Positions 35,601-44,131 of a DNA stretch of 64,000 nt are shown here, in pieces. Numbering within the stretch: the stretch's first letter is position 1; every line of letters begins with the position of its first letter. Location of the stretch: NCBI GenBank assembly GCA_046593925.1, contig JBKJQN010000039.1, positions 13,763 through 77,762 on the forward strand, in the 5' to 3' direction. This stretch comes from Mycobacteriales bacterium (GTDB taxonomy: Bacteria > Actinomycetota > Actinomycetes > Mycobacteriales > SCTD01). A program made the translations under genes and the position numbers. The notes under the pieces were generated by a model. The model searched no databases, was not told the DNA's origin, and saw nothing but the letters and a program-made list of their open reading frames with translations.

Positions 35601-37721
35601 CCAGGTCCAGTTGTAGACGGAGGGGTCCTGCGCGGACGCCCGCACGCCCTGCGGCGGCAGCTGCTGGCGTACCAGCGCAGCGAGGTCCGTGGGGTTCTTG
35701 ATGGTCTGGCTGGGGTCGGTCGGGTTGCCGCCGCTGTCCTTCGGGCCGAAGTTCTTGCCGACAAGCTGGTCGGACGTGACGGCTTCGGGCGCGGCGACCC
35801 GGTCGCTCAGCGCGGCGAAGTTGGGCTGCAGGGTGTTGTAGACCCGCCAGAAGCTCCACATGCCCGACACGTAGTGCTTGGCGATGTGGCAGTGGAACAG
35901 CAGGTCGCCGACCGTGTGCTGGACGCCGCCGGCGCCACCTTCGAGCTCGAGGTTGTAGGACTCGCCCGGCCCGATCGACTGGGCATCGAGCCGGTTGGAA
36001 GCCACCTCGTTCTGGGGGTGCTTGTTCAGCCGGGTGTCGGCGTAGTTCCACGACGGGTCGGCGACCGGGTTCATCCGCCAGCGGTCGCCACCACCGTGCA
36101 GGTGATAGACGTGGAACTTCTCGCCGCTGGCATGGCTGATCCGGAACTTCGTGGGGTCGCCGACGTACCCGCGGGGCATCGGGGTCGACGGATCGCCGAA
36201 GGTGTACGAGGAGTACGAATGGGACTTCTCCTTACCGAAGGCGAGCAGCCGGTTGCGGAACGGCTCTGAGCGGTAGTTGAGCGCGAACTGCCCTGGGCGG
36301 TAGCTGCCGGTCGTGGAGTCCACCTGCGGCAGCTCCGCGCCGTTGCGGTCGTAGATGACCTCGTTGTCGTTGCCGACCTCGTGGTGCTGGAAGATCGCCT
36401 CGCGGAACGACGCCCCGCCAGCGGGCGCCACGACGCCCTCCCAGCCCGACAGCAGCGGGGAGCCGGTGCTGGCGCCGGCGTACACAGACCCCTTCGGCTC
36501 CACGTTCAGCATGCCGAACAGCCCGTGGTCCACTGCGGCGCGAAAGCCGGGCCCGGGGTGTACGTAGTGCGACCCCTCCAAGTTCTTGTTGTCTGGGACG
36601 TAGTAGCGGAATGTCGTCGTCTCGCCCAGTGCGACCGCGGAGTCGGCGTTCTTGCCGATCGCGTCTCCGGACGAGGCCGCGGCAAAGGCCAGCCCGTCGA
36701 TGTGCAGCCCGTACCTGCCGCCGGAGGCAAGGTTGGTGAAGGTGACGGTGACGCAGTCGCCCTCGTTCACCCGGACCGACAGGGGCTGGATCGGGTCGTC
36801 CCGCAGGCCGACCGAGACCTTCTGGCTGGCCTCCTCGTGCCGGACTGCCTGCAGCGCCGACAGCGGGCCTTGCGGGTCCGGCACGGGTATCCCGCTCGCG
36901 ACGTCGACCCGGTAGGTGTTGGCCTGCCCGTCCACGCTGTTGACGACGAGCATCTTCCCGGACCGGTCGTTGTCGCCCGACCTGTTGAGGGGAGTCTTCA
37001 GGTCGATCGCCGTGACGTCGAAGGCGCGCTGCGGCGCCCCGGGCAGGCAGGGCTGGCCCGGGTCGCTGCCGGACGCGGACGCCGGCGCTGCGGGCAGCAG
37101 CCCGAGCCCGGCGGCGGCCATCGCGCAGATCGTGAGCCTGGCGACGTACCGGCACAGCCGTCCCCGGCTGGGACCGGCGGTGGTCTGCGCGAGTGGGCCC
37201 GCGCCGACCTCGGGCGACGCGGTGAGCCTGGGCAGCGCGATCGCCGCAAGCGCGGTGAGAACGGTGACCGGGAGCAGCAACACGACGTCGCCAGCGAGGT
37301 GGGAGAGCGGCGCCCCGCCGCCCGCACCGGCGGTGCCGAGCACCGCGTCGCGCAATGGCGTGGCGGCGGCGAGGGCGAGGGCGGTCCCGGCGCCGGTGAG
37401 GACCGCCCGGAGCACCCTGGTCGCCCCTGCGCCGAGCTCGAGCCGTCGGCCGGCCTGCCAGGTGACCAGCGCCGCCAGCACGACGCAGACCAGCACGAGG
37501 GGGAGCGCGAGGCTCGCGTCGCGGAGCGCGGCCGCGGCCAGGCCCGACGGGACCGGCCGGCCTGAAGCGAGGGCGTGGAACTCGGCAGACCAGGCGGCGC
37601 CGACGGCGGCCAGGCACACCGCGACGCCGAACAGCGCCCCGGCGCGGGGACGGGCACCGGCGCGCCCTGCCCTTTCGCCGGCACCCCAGGACACCTGGGT
37701 CGTCAGTGTGGTCGAGTCCAT
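32628..37721 (-). CDS. Giant (~1697 aa) membrane-anchored multicopper oxidase, MnxG-type motif order
   Basis: ATG 37721 with RBS GGGGAGAAG. Copper motifs: HVYHLHG, FHCHIAKHYVSGM, MHIHH, FWHDH. N-terminal multi-TM domain and several cupredoxin-like repeats (PLSVRVNEGDC, PLALRVNVGDC, PLVLHVAAGDC). Confidence 0.9.
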   Translation of the reverse strand: MDSTTLTTQVSWGAGERAGRAGARPRAGALFGVAVCLAAVGAAWSAEFHALASGRPVPSGLAAAALRDASLALPLVLVCVVLAALVTWQAGRRLELGAGATRVLRAVLTGAGTALALAAATPLRDAVLGTAGAGGGAPLSHLAGDVVLLLPVTVLTALAAIALPRLTASPEVGAGPLAQTTAGPSRGRLCRYVARLTICAMAAAGLGLLPAAPASASGSDPGQPCLPGAPQRAFDVTAIDLKTPLNRSGDNDRSGKMLVVNSVDGQANTYRVDVASGIPVPDPQGPLSALQAVRHEEASQKVSVGLRDDPIQPLSVRVNEGDCVTVTFTNLASGGRYGLHIDGLAFAAASSGDAIGKNADSAVALGETTTFRYYVPDNKNLEGSHYVHPGPGFRAAVDHGLFGMLNVEPKGSVYAGASTGSPLLSGWEGVVAPAGGASFREAIFQHHEVGNDNEVIYDRNGAELPQVDSTTGSYRPGQFALNYRSEPFRNRLLAFGKEKSHSYSSYTFGDPSTPMPRGYVGDPTKFRISHASGEKFHVYHLHGGGDRWRMNPVADPSWNYADTRLNKHPQNEVASNRLDAQSIGPGESYNLELEGGAGGVQHTVGDLLFHCHIAKHYVSGMWSFWRVYNTLQPNFAALSDRVAAPEAVTSDQLVGKNFGPKDSGGNPTDPSQTIKNPTDLAALVRQQLPPQGVRASAQDPSVYNWTWSKANPAIALAEPEDITPTGTGAGAWPNQSDIPQHPGLQTTDLKRQGSAQHPQFDLSTAQPLFYETDATGRGRPAQLFNPVDGRPAFPVLRTHLGSRPPFSPQGHSGSPLLGEHGDAAPGAQHSKTTDPQSADSPGPIDSSFRADPDPAVTVQPTVDPYAYRPDGLCPARTSTGGPTPTRHFNVVAIATPVQRSATITDREGKLFTLAQDKRKVYSDPTSQPLALRVNVGDCAKVTLTNEIPDATTFDGWSKTTMHIHHVQFDVQGSDGVSTGFAYEHSVRPYQVEDPTLRTASSGGATSLQLTSVAKFQDRTATGAPSHPFIGVGMGSEGIEVRQVLAVNPTANTVTLDAPLRNAHPVTDRAGFEFIQYEWYADTQLDNIFWHDHVDGIHGWGHGLVGQLIVEPAGSKFYAPGNHSAEIKSGTIADIVANRSAPGYQDLLPGHVNGSFRELALWTINDNDNGDYSTINLKAAPFTERPSAANRYSSYTYGDPKTPLLRGYPGDPLVVRTINVSPTLDTLRFQGQRFDIEARMTLGVNGIVQGDPGGGTPVTVGSPADTIHYGMSEKYTLALEGNGPKGRSRPGDYLYSNGIARRTAQGAWGIVRVLPANAGDLLPLPDNPAPGGTWVRPAASSSPPAPNAVDNASPCPTGAPVKSYDVTALDLGSNQAVFAASSAVAGLLAGTVKPEPLVLHVAAGDCLVVTLTNNRSAPATFAVGKLDRSAGSSGVAVGYSPAATTAPGTSRAYTSYADSAFLGSATVADLAGDDSHDSQKLGLYGAVVVSPQGATFGPGHTPTAVGAQVDVHLPAPIAGPNRQDYRDVSLLLADNDPRMSQDFMPYPTNAEQGATVINYQRAPAGDTSATYADPGGTVDPATPVVKTYAGDGLLVHESVTPGSEQGHVFTLGGLEAPRDMLIPGSEYDANQALGPGESFDAWVEGGAGGFAQQTGDYFYGDLRRPFTQVGAWGLIRVAPRPVSCAGLPAGEPSCLTGG

Positions 37722-37764
37722 GGCTTCTCCCCTGGCAGTGCCGACCTGTTGGTCGTCTGGGCGA

Positions 37765-37797
37765 GACCTTCGACCTACGACCTTCGGACACCCTTGG
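37765..37797 (-). promoter_or_regulatory. Oxidase promoter repeats: gacctWc x3 and AAGG-N7-AAGG
   Basis: gaccttc-gacctac-gaccttc (37765-37785); minus strand ccaagggtgtccgaaggtc (37797-37779). Confidence 0.45.
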
Positions 37798-37881
37798 GGA
37801 ACTGCGGTCCGCCGAGTCGGGCCGGCCCGGTTGCGGTTCGATCCGGCGGCGCTTGTGCCGGACGCCTGCGGCAGCTGGCAA

Positions 37882-37896
37882 AAGGTGTTAGCAAGG
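37882..37896 (+). promoter_or_regulatory. AAGG-N7-AAGG direct repeat upstream of the SpoIIE gene
   Basis: aaggtgttagcaagg, 11-nt period. Confidence 0.4.
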
Positions 37897-37995
37897 TGCC
37901 GAGGGCACGCTCGGGCTCCGGCAGCGAGCCTGGCAGGAGGTCTTGGCGTGCGGATCTTTTCGCGCTCACGCGCGACGGGCACCGAGTCGGTCGCG

Positions 37996-39786
37996 GTGCG
38001 TACGCGGCGTCAGATCCTCCTGATCGGCTTGGGCGGTGTCCTGCTGGAGACGGTCATCGCGCACACCGCCCTGGTCGGGCTGGCGCGCGTCGACGCAGCG
38101 TACGAGAGCGTCGGACGGCTGGGCCTGGCCCAGCGCTACGTCCAGGACGCCGACCAGCTCCACGACGCCCTGCACGCCGACGTCCTGCAGGCCGTCGTGC
38201 TCAGCGACAGCCGTCTGGTGCTGCCCGGGGACGCGACGCAGAGCCTGCGGGCGCACGCGGCCGCTTTCCGGGAGAACCTGAGCCAGGCCCGGGACGTCGC
38301 GCTGCCCACCGACCTGTCTGCTGCCGTGTGGAGCATCCGCGACGTACAGGAACGCTATGTGACCACCGCCGAGCAACTCACGTCGCTGGCGGGACGTGAC
38401 CCGGCTGCGGCCCGCTCCGGGCTGGTGGCCTTCACGGCCACCTTCGTCGAGCTGGAGCGCGCCCAGGCGGACCTGGCGACCCGGCTCGAGTCCGCGGCAA
38501 GCCTGCTCGAGACGCGGGCCGGCGGGGAGGAGCGCGCGGTGCGGCTGCGGATCGGCGAGGCCTCGCTGGCGGCGGTGCTCGGCCTGCTCGGGCTGACCTG
38601 GAGCCTGCTCCGGCTGGGCCGGGCGCTCGCGGCGCTCGCGGCACGGGAGCGCGGGGTCGCCGAGACGCTGCAGCACAGCCTGCTGCCCGACGAGCTGCCT
38701 GAGCTGCCCGGGGTGGAGCTTGCGGCGCGCTACGTCCCAGGGGGCACGGGCACCGAGGTCGGAGGCGACTGGTACGACGTGATCCCGTTGCGTACGGGAG
38801 CGGTCGGGCTGGTGATGGGCGACGTCGCGGGGCACGACCTCCGTGCGGCTGCGGTGATGGGGCAGCTCCGGCACGCCCTGCGGGCGTACGTTGCCGAGGA
38901 CCTGTCGCCCGGCCAGGTGCTCGACCGGCTCAACCGGCTGACCCTGGCCCAGTCGCCCGACGAGATGGTGACGTGCGTCTACGCCGTCCTTGACCCGGTG
39001 GCCCGCACCCTGGTCGTCGCCAACGCCGGCCACTACGCGCCCCTGCTCGTGTCCCCCGACGGCACGGTTACCGCGGTCGAGCAGCCGGCCTGCCCGCCGA
39101 TCGGGGCGGTGCGCGGCACCTCTTACCCGGACGTGCGGCACGAGCTGGAGCCCGGCAGCACGCTGCTGCTGTTCACCGACGGCCTGGTGGAGCGGCGCGG
39201 CGTGCCGGTCTGCGTCGGCATCGAGGAGCTGACCGCCCTGCTCGCGGCGCATGCCCGCGACCTGGACACCCTGTGCGACGGGCTGATCACCGGGATGCTG
39301 GGCGAGCGCCCGCCCACCGACGACGTCGCTCTCCTGGTCGTGCGGGCGGCCCCGCGACTCGGCCACCACCTCGCCCTGGAGTGGCCCGCGGAGCCCGCCC
39401 GGCTGGTCGACCTGCGCCGCACCCTGGAGCGCTGGCTGGTCGAGGCCGGGGCCGACGAGGCTGAGGTGTACGAGGTCGTCGTGGCCTGCTCGGAGGCGGC
39501 GACCAACGCGATCGAGCACGCCTACGGTCCGGGGGAAGCCTCGTTCGAGGTAACCTGCGACGTCGACCCGCATGACCGTACGGCGACCATCGTGGTCCGC
39601 GACCACGGCCACTGGCGCAGCGCCCGCGGCCGCGACCGGGGACGCGGCCTGCAGCTCGTGGAGGGGCTGATGGACGAGGTGCGCGTGCTTACCAGCGAGG
39701 CCGGCACCGAGGTGCACATGCGCCGCCGGCTCGGCGGGCAGCCCGGCCGGATCCCCCGCCAGGCACGCGAGCAGGTGTCGGCATGA
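37996..39786 (+). CDS. Membrane SpoIIE/PP2C phosphatase with four-helix sensor and C-terminal HATPase (RsbU-RsbW fusion)
   Basis: 2 TMs flanking a helical domain; LQHSLLP, VGGDWYDV, GDVAGHD, NAGHYAP, LLFTDGLVE, DDVALL; SEAATNAIEHAY, VRDHGHW, GRGLQLV. Confidence 0.92.
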   Translation: MRTRRQILLIGLGGVLLETVIAHTALVGLARVDAAYESVGRLGLAQRYVQDADQLHDALHADVLQAVVLSDSRLVLPGDATQSLRAHAAAFRENLSQARDVALPTDLSAAVWSIRDVQERYVTTAEQLTSLAGRDPAAARSGLVAFTATFVELERAQADLATRLESAASLLETRAGGEERAVRLRIGEASLAAVLGLLGLTWSLLRLGRALAALAARERGVAETLQHSLLPDELPELPGVELAARYVPGGTGTEVGGDWYDVIPLRTGAVGLVMGDVAGHDLRAAAVMGQLRHALRAYVAEDLSPGQVLDRLNRLTLAQSPDEMVTCVYAVLDPVARTLVVANAGHYAPLLVSPDGTVTAVEQPACPPIGAVRGTSYPDVRHELEPGSTLLLFTDGLVERRGVPVCVGIEELTALLAAHARDLDTLCDGLITGMLGERPPTDDVALLVVRAAPRLGHHLALEWPAEPARLVDLRRTLERWLVEAGADEAEVYEVVVACSEAATNAIEHAYGPGEASFEVTCDVDPHDRTATIVVRDHGHWRSARGRDRGRGLQLVEGLMDEVRVLTSEAGTEVHMRRRLGGQPGRIPRQAREQVSA

Positions 39787-40151
39787 CCGTCGCCCATGTC
39801 CAGGTGCAGATCGAGGGCGGCCCGATGTGGCCGGTCGCCCTAGTCGGCGGCGAGGTCGACCTGTCCAACGTCGACGGCGTAGCCAGCACCCTGGAGGGCG
39901 CGGTGAGCAACGCGGCCCTCGGTCTGGTGCTCGACCTGTCCGGCGTGACCTACCTCGACAGCACCGGGCTGCGGCTGCTCTTCCGGCTGGCCCGCGAGCT
40001 GCGCGACCGGCAGCAGGCGCTGCGCATCGTCGTCCCCCCGGAGGCCCTGATCTGGCGGGTACTCCGGCTCAGCGGTGTGCCGGACGTCGTCCCGGTGTCA
40101 CGGTCCCTCCCCGAGGCGCTGCTGGCCACGTCAACCGCGTCCGCCGGGTGA
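39783..40151 (+). CDS. STAS domain anti-sigma factor antagonist
   Basis: GEVDLSN, VLDLSGVTYLDSTGLRLL; ATGA overlap. Confidence 0.92.
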   Translation: MTVAHVQVQIEGGPMWPVALVGGEVDLSNVDGVASTLEGAVSNAALGLVLDLSGVTYLDSTGLRLLFRLARELRDRQQALRIVVPPEALIWRVLRLSGVPDVVPVSRSLPEALLATSTASAG

Positions 40152-40516
40152 CCGACGTGGGCAGCCCGCTGCCAGCACCCATGACGGGGTTCGTGCAGGT
40201 GTGCATGACCGGTGACCTGGACGCGGAGGCGGCGCCCGCGTTCCGTCGCCGTCTCGAGGCGGCGGTCGGCGCAGGCGCGGCGCTGATCCTGATCGACATG
40301 CGCGACGTCGTCTTCCTCGACTCGGCCGCGCTGGCCGTCATCGTCGGGGTGAACCGTCAGCTGCCGGTAGGACAGCGCCTCGCGCTGACCCAGGTCCCCC
40401 TGCGGATGCAGCGGGTGCTCCGGGTGGCCGCGATCGCGAGCCTGCTCCCGGTGCACGAGCAGGGGCAGCCGTGGCCGTGGGGCGATGTCGTCGCCGAACC
40501 GGGCCCCCTGGACTGA
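40148..40516 (+). CDS. Second STAS domain anti-sigma factor antagonist
   Basis: GDLDAEAAP, LIDMRDVVFLDSAALAVI; GTGA overlap. Confidence 0.88.
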   Translation: MTDVGSPLPAPMTGFVQVCMTGDLDAEAAPAFRRRLEAAVGAGAALILIDMRDVVFLDSAALAVIVGVNRQLPVGQRLALTQVPLRMQRVLRVAAIASLLPVHEQGQPWPWGDVVAEPGPLD

Positions 40517-40534
40517 CGCGTGCGGCACCCCGCG

Positions 40535-41371
40535 TCAGCCGGTCAGGGGTTCAACGACCGGTGCGGAACGGGGGCGGACCGATGGCAGGCCGAGGCTGCG
40601 GGCGGCGGCTGTGGCGGGGTGCGGCGGCAGGCCGGGGCGGTCGCGGCACAGTCCGGCGAGCACGGCGTAGGCGTCGGCCCCCAGCAGGGCGGTCAGCTCC
40701 GCGGCGTACGACACCCACAGCGGCTCGGCGCCGACGTGCGCCTCCGGCGCGCCGGTGCACCACCAGTGCAGGTCGGCGCCGCCCGGACCCCAGCCGCGCC
40801 GGTCGAACTCCCCGACGGAGCTGACGAGGACCTCGACGTCGTCCGGCCGGGTGACGCGCTCCTGCGAGCGGCGGACCGGGAGCTGCCAGCAGACGTCGGG
40901 CTTGGTCTGCAGGGGGTGCCGGCCGCTGCGCAGCGCGAGGGCGTGCAGCGCGCAGCCCTCGCCGCCGGCGAAGCCCGGCCGGTTGAGGAACACGCACGCG
41001 CCGTCGACGGTGCGGGTACGCCGGACCGTCTCGCCCTCGAGCTCGTCGAGCTCGCCGATGCCGAGCGCCCGGCCGGTGTCCGCATGCTGCCAGTCGCGCT
41101 TGCGCAGCTGGCTGGCGGCGCGGGTGACCCGCTGCTCGTCGTCGTCGTCGGACCAGAACGCGCCGTGCGTACAGCAGCCGTCGTCGGCCCGGCCCGGGGC
41201 GATGCCGAGGCACCCCGAGCCGTAGACGCAGGTCCAGGACGACAGCAGCCAGGTGAGGTCGGCGCGCACGACGTGCCCGTCGTCGGCGGGGTCGGGGAAC
41301 TCCACCCAGTCGCGCGGGTGGTCCGGGTCGACCTCGCGACGCCGCGGGAGGCCCAGGTCTGTGCTCGTCAC
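40535..41371 (-). CDS. Conserved Cys-rich protein (Rv0495c/DUF3109-like)
   Basis: [49 protein letters not shown]; lies just upstream of and divergent from ppx, apart from the relic. Confidence 0.85.
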   Translation of the reverse strand: MTSTDLGLPRRREVDPDHPRDWVEFPDPADDGHVVRADLTWLLSSWTCVYGSGCLGIAPGRADDGCCTHGAFWSDDDDEQRVTRAASQLRKRDWQHADTGRALGIGELDELEGETVRRTRTVDGACVFLNRPGFAGGEGCALHALALRSGRHPLQTKPDVCWQLPVRRSQERVTRPDDVEVLVSSVGEFDRRGWGPGGADLHWWCTGAPEAHVGAEPLWVSYAAELTALLGADAYAVLAGLCRDRPGLPPHPATAAARSLGLPSVRPRSAPVVEPLTG

Positions 41372-42211
41372 AGGACGCGGACGACCGGTAGTGCCACGTC
41401 GTCGCGGCCGGTGGCGTCCGGTGCCGCGAGCAGCTCGTCGCACACCGTCTCGGCGTCGGCGTCGGCAGCGGTCGAGCTGGGCGGACAGCTGTCCGCGCAC
41501 CCGAGCCCCGGCACCTGTGGCAGCCGACGCAGCAGGCTGCGCTGCAACGCCTCCGCGACGTCGTGCTCGCGCTCGTAGAGCCGGGCGCTGTCGACGGTGA
41601 GCGCCGCCCGGCGGCCAAGGTCGGCAGCCAGCGACAGGTCGTCCTCGTCGTACTTCCGGTCGGCTGCAGGCCCCTGGGCCCGCTTGCGCAGGCCGGCCCT
41701 GGCGGGGTCGACATGGCCGCCGCTGTCGTCGACGAGCTCGGCGGCGGACCGGGCGCTGCGCTCGGCCTCGAGCGCGCGGCCGCGCTCCTGCTCGGCAACC
41801 ACCCGGGCGGTGACGTCGGCCCGGATGCCGACAACGTCGGTGCGTATGCCCTCGCTGTCGCGGACCGGTGAGAGCGACAGCTCGTCCCAGAAGGGGGTGC
41901 CGTCCTTGCGCTGGTTGAGCAGGGTGACGACCAGGTGCCGCCGGCGCTCCCCGGATCCGCCGGACGGCCGCCCGGTCGGTGTCGCGGCCCTGCAGCAGCC
42001 GGCAGTTGCGCCCGACCACCTCGGTGGAGGACCAGCCCGTTGTGCGTGCGAAGGCCGGGTTGACATGCACCAGCGGGTCGTCATCGGCACGCGCCTCGCT
42101 GACGGTGAGCGACCGGCCTGCCGGGGCCACCGCCCGCTCGCGCAGGCCCGACGGGGCCGGCAGGTCGCTGAGGACCTGCAGGGATGTGTCCGCCGCACCG
42201 GGAGCGACCAC
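41368..42211 (-). pseudogene. Decayed LOV(PAS)-GAF-SpoIIE signalling gene
   Basis: [26 protein letters not shown], frameshift near 41950, then [25 protein letters not shown] end ([16 protein letters not shown]), SpoIIE start (ALQRSLL) and end (DDVAL) with large deletions. Confidence 0.82.
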
Positions 42212-42318
42212 GCGGACGGTCGCGCGGTCGGCGTCGACGGCCTCTCCCGCGGGGTCACAAAGGTGAATCTACCGGGGCGGCGCGCCCCGCGGGTAGTCAC
42301 CTGGGTAGCGTCCGGCGC

Positions 42319-43254
42319 ATGCGGCTCGGCGTGCTCGACGTGGGGTCCAACACCGTTCACCTGCTGGTCGTGGATGCGCACCGGGGCGGCCACCCGGATC
42401 CGGTGCGGTCGCACAAGACCGAGCTGCACCTCGCCGAGTTGCTGCACCCCGACGGCTCGCTCGGCGCGGACGGCGCCGCCGCGCTGTGCGACGCGGTTGC
42501 TGCGGCCCGGGCTGCCGCCGACGCCGACGGCGCCGAGGACCTGGTCGCGTTCGCCACCTCGGCGGTGCGCGACGCCACCGACAGCGCCGCGGTGCTGGCG
42601 GCCGTCCTGGAGCGCACCGGCGTGGAGCTGCAGGTGCTGCCGGGCGCCGACGAGGCGCGGCTGACGTTCCTGGCTGTCCGGCGCTGGTTCGGCTGGAGCT
42701 CCGGTCGCCTGCTGTGCCTGGACATCGGAGGTGGTTCGCTCGAGCTGGCCACCGGGATCGATGAGGACCCCGACGCGGCCCTGTCGGTGCCGCTCGGCGC
42801 CGGCCGGCTGACCCGCGAGGTCTTGACGAGGGACGACCCGCCGAAAAAGCGTGACGTTGCTGCCCTGCGCGAGCACGTACGCGCAGTGCTCGCGGGTGCT
42901 GTCCCGGCGCTGCTCGACGCCGGCCATGCCGACCGGAGCGTCGCCACCAGCAAGACGTTCCGCTCGCTCGCCCGGCTGGACGGCGCGGCGCCCTACAGCG
43001 AGGGGCCGCGGGTGCCGCGGGTGCTCAGCCTGGCCGGCCTGGACCGGACGGTGGAGCTGCTGTCGGGGATGCGGGTCGTCGACCGGGCCCGGCTGCCCGG
43101 CGTCTCGCCCAGCCGGGCCGGGCAGCTGCTGGCCGGCGCTGTCGTCGCGCAGGAGTCGCTGCGCTCGTTCGGGCTCACATCGGTCGAGGTCTGCCCGTGG
43201 GCGCTGCGGGAGGGCATGATCCTGCGGCGGCTGGACTGGCTGGCGGGGGCCTGA
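42319..43254 (+). CDS. ppx: Ppx/GppA exopolyphosphatase
   Basis: [54 protein letters not shown]. Confidence 0.95.
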   Translation: MRLGVLDVGSNTVHLLVVDAHRGGHPDPVRSHKTELHLAELLHPDGSLGADGAAALCDAVAAARAAADADGAEDLVAFATSAVRDATDSAAVLAAVLERTGVELQVLPGADEARLTFLAVRRWFGWSSGRLLCLDIGGGSLELATGIDEDPDAALSVPLGAGRLTREVLTRDDPPKKRDVAALREHVRAVLAGAVPALLDAGHADRSVATSKTFRSLARLDGAAPYSEGPRVPRVLSLAGLDRTVELLSGMRVVDRARLPGVSPSRAGQLLAGAVVAQESLRSFGLTSVEVCPWALREGMILRRLDWLAGA

Positions 43255-43276
43255 GTCCCCGTACGCTGGCGATGCC

Positions 43277-44122
43277 ATGACCGCTGCCACCCCCCCGGGG
43301 CTCCCCGTGGTCCCCCGGGCGCGGATCGCGATGTCCACCGCGAGTGCCTACCCCGAATCGACCGCCAGCGCGTTCGAGATGGCGGCCCGGCTGGGCTACG
43401 ACGGCGTCGAGGTGATGGTCTGGACCGACCCGGTCAGCCAGGACGTGACAGCGCTCCGGCGGCTCTCGGACTTCCACCAGGTGCCGATCCTCGCGCTGCA
43501 CGCCCCCTGCCTGGTCATCACTCAGCGCGTCTGGGGCACCGACCCGTGGGCCAAGCTGGTGCGCGCCAAGGACGCCGCCGAACAGGTCGGCGCGGAGACC
43601 GTGGTGGTGCACCCACCGTTCCGCTGGCAGCGCGACTACGTCCGGCAGTTCGTCGGCGGGATCGCGCAGATGGCCGAGGAGACCGAGGTGCGCTTCGCGG
43701 TCGAGAACATGTTCCCGCTACGGGCCCGCGGCCGGGAGGTGTCGCCGTACGCCCCGGACTGGGACCCGACCCTGGAGGACTTCCGGGACTTCACGCTGGA
43801 CCTTTCGCACACCTCGGTGAGCCGTAGCGACGCCCTGGCGATGCGCGAGGTGATGGGCGACCGGCTCGCCCACGTCCACATCGCCGACGGCACGGGCAGT
43901 GCCCGGGACGAGCACCTGGTGCCCGGCCGCGGCAACCAGCCGTGCGCTGAGCTGCTCGAGGGCCTGGCTGCCAGTGACTTCGGCGGCCTGGTGGTCTGCG
44001 AGGTCAGCACCCGCAAGGTCGAGGACCGCGCCGAGCGCGAGGCCGACCTGGCCGAGGCGCTGGCCTTCACGCGCCTCAACCTGGTCGCCCCGGCGGCCGG
44101 CGAACGCTCGTCCCGGCAGTAG
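43277..44122 (+). CDS. Sugar phosphate isomerase/epimerase (AP endonuclease 2 TIM barrel)
   Basis: [53 protein letters not shown]. Confidence 0.92.
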   Translation: MTAATPPGLPVVPRARIAMSTASAYPESTASAFEMAARLGYDGVEVMVWTDPVSQDVTALRRLSDFHQVPILALHAPCLVITQRVWGTDPWAKLVRAKDAAEQVGAETVVVHPPFRWQRDYVRQFVGGIAQMAEETEVRFAVENMFPLRARGREVSPYAPDWDPTLEDFRDFTLDLSHTSVSRSDALAMREVMGDRLAHVHIADGTGSARDEHLVPGRGNQPCAELLEGLAASDFGGLVVCEVSTRKVEDRAEREADLAEALAFTRLNLVAPAAGERSSRQ

Positions 44123-44131
44123 ATTGCGGGC

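Noticed and set aside
37722-37982. 87-aa N-terminal extension of the oxidase in the ORF track
   Set aside because: No RBS, low-information sequence, and it covers the promoter repeats; ATG 37721 has an RBS.
36916-37995. N-terminal 360 aa of the 956-aa ORF
   Set aside because: Overlaps the oxidase antisense; the real SpoIIE protein starts at GTG 37996 with its TM.
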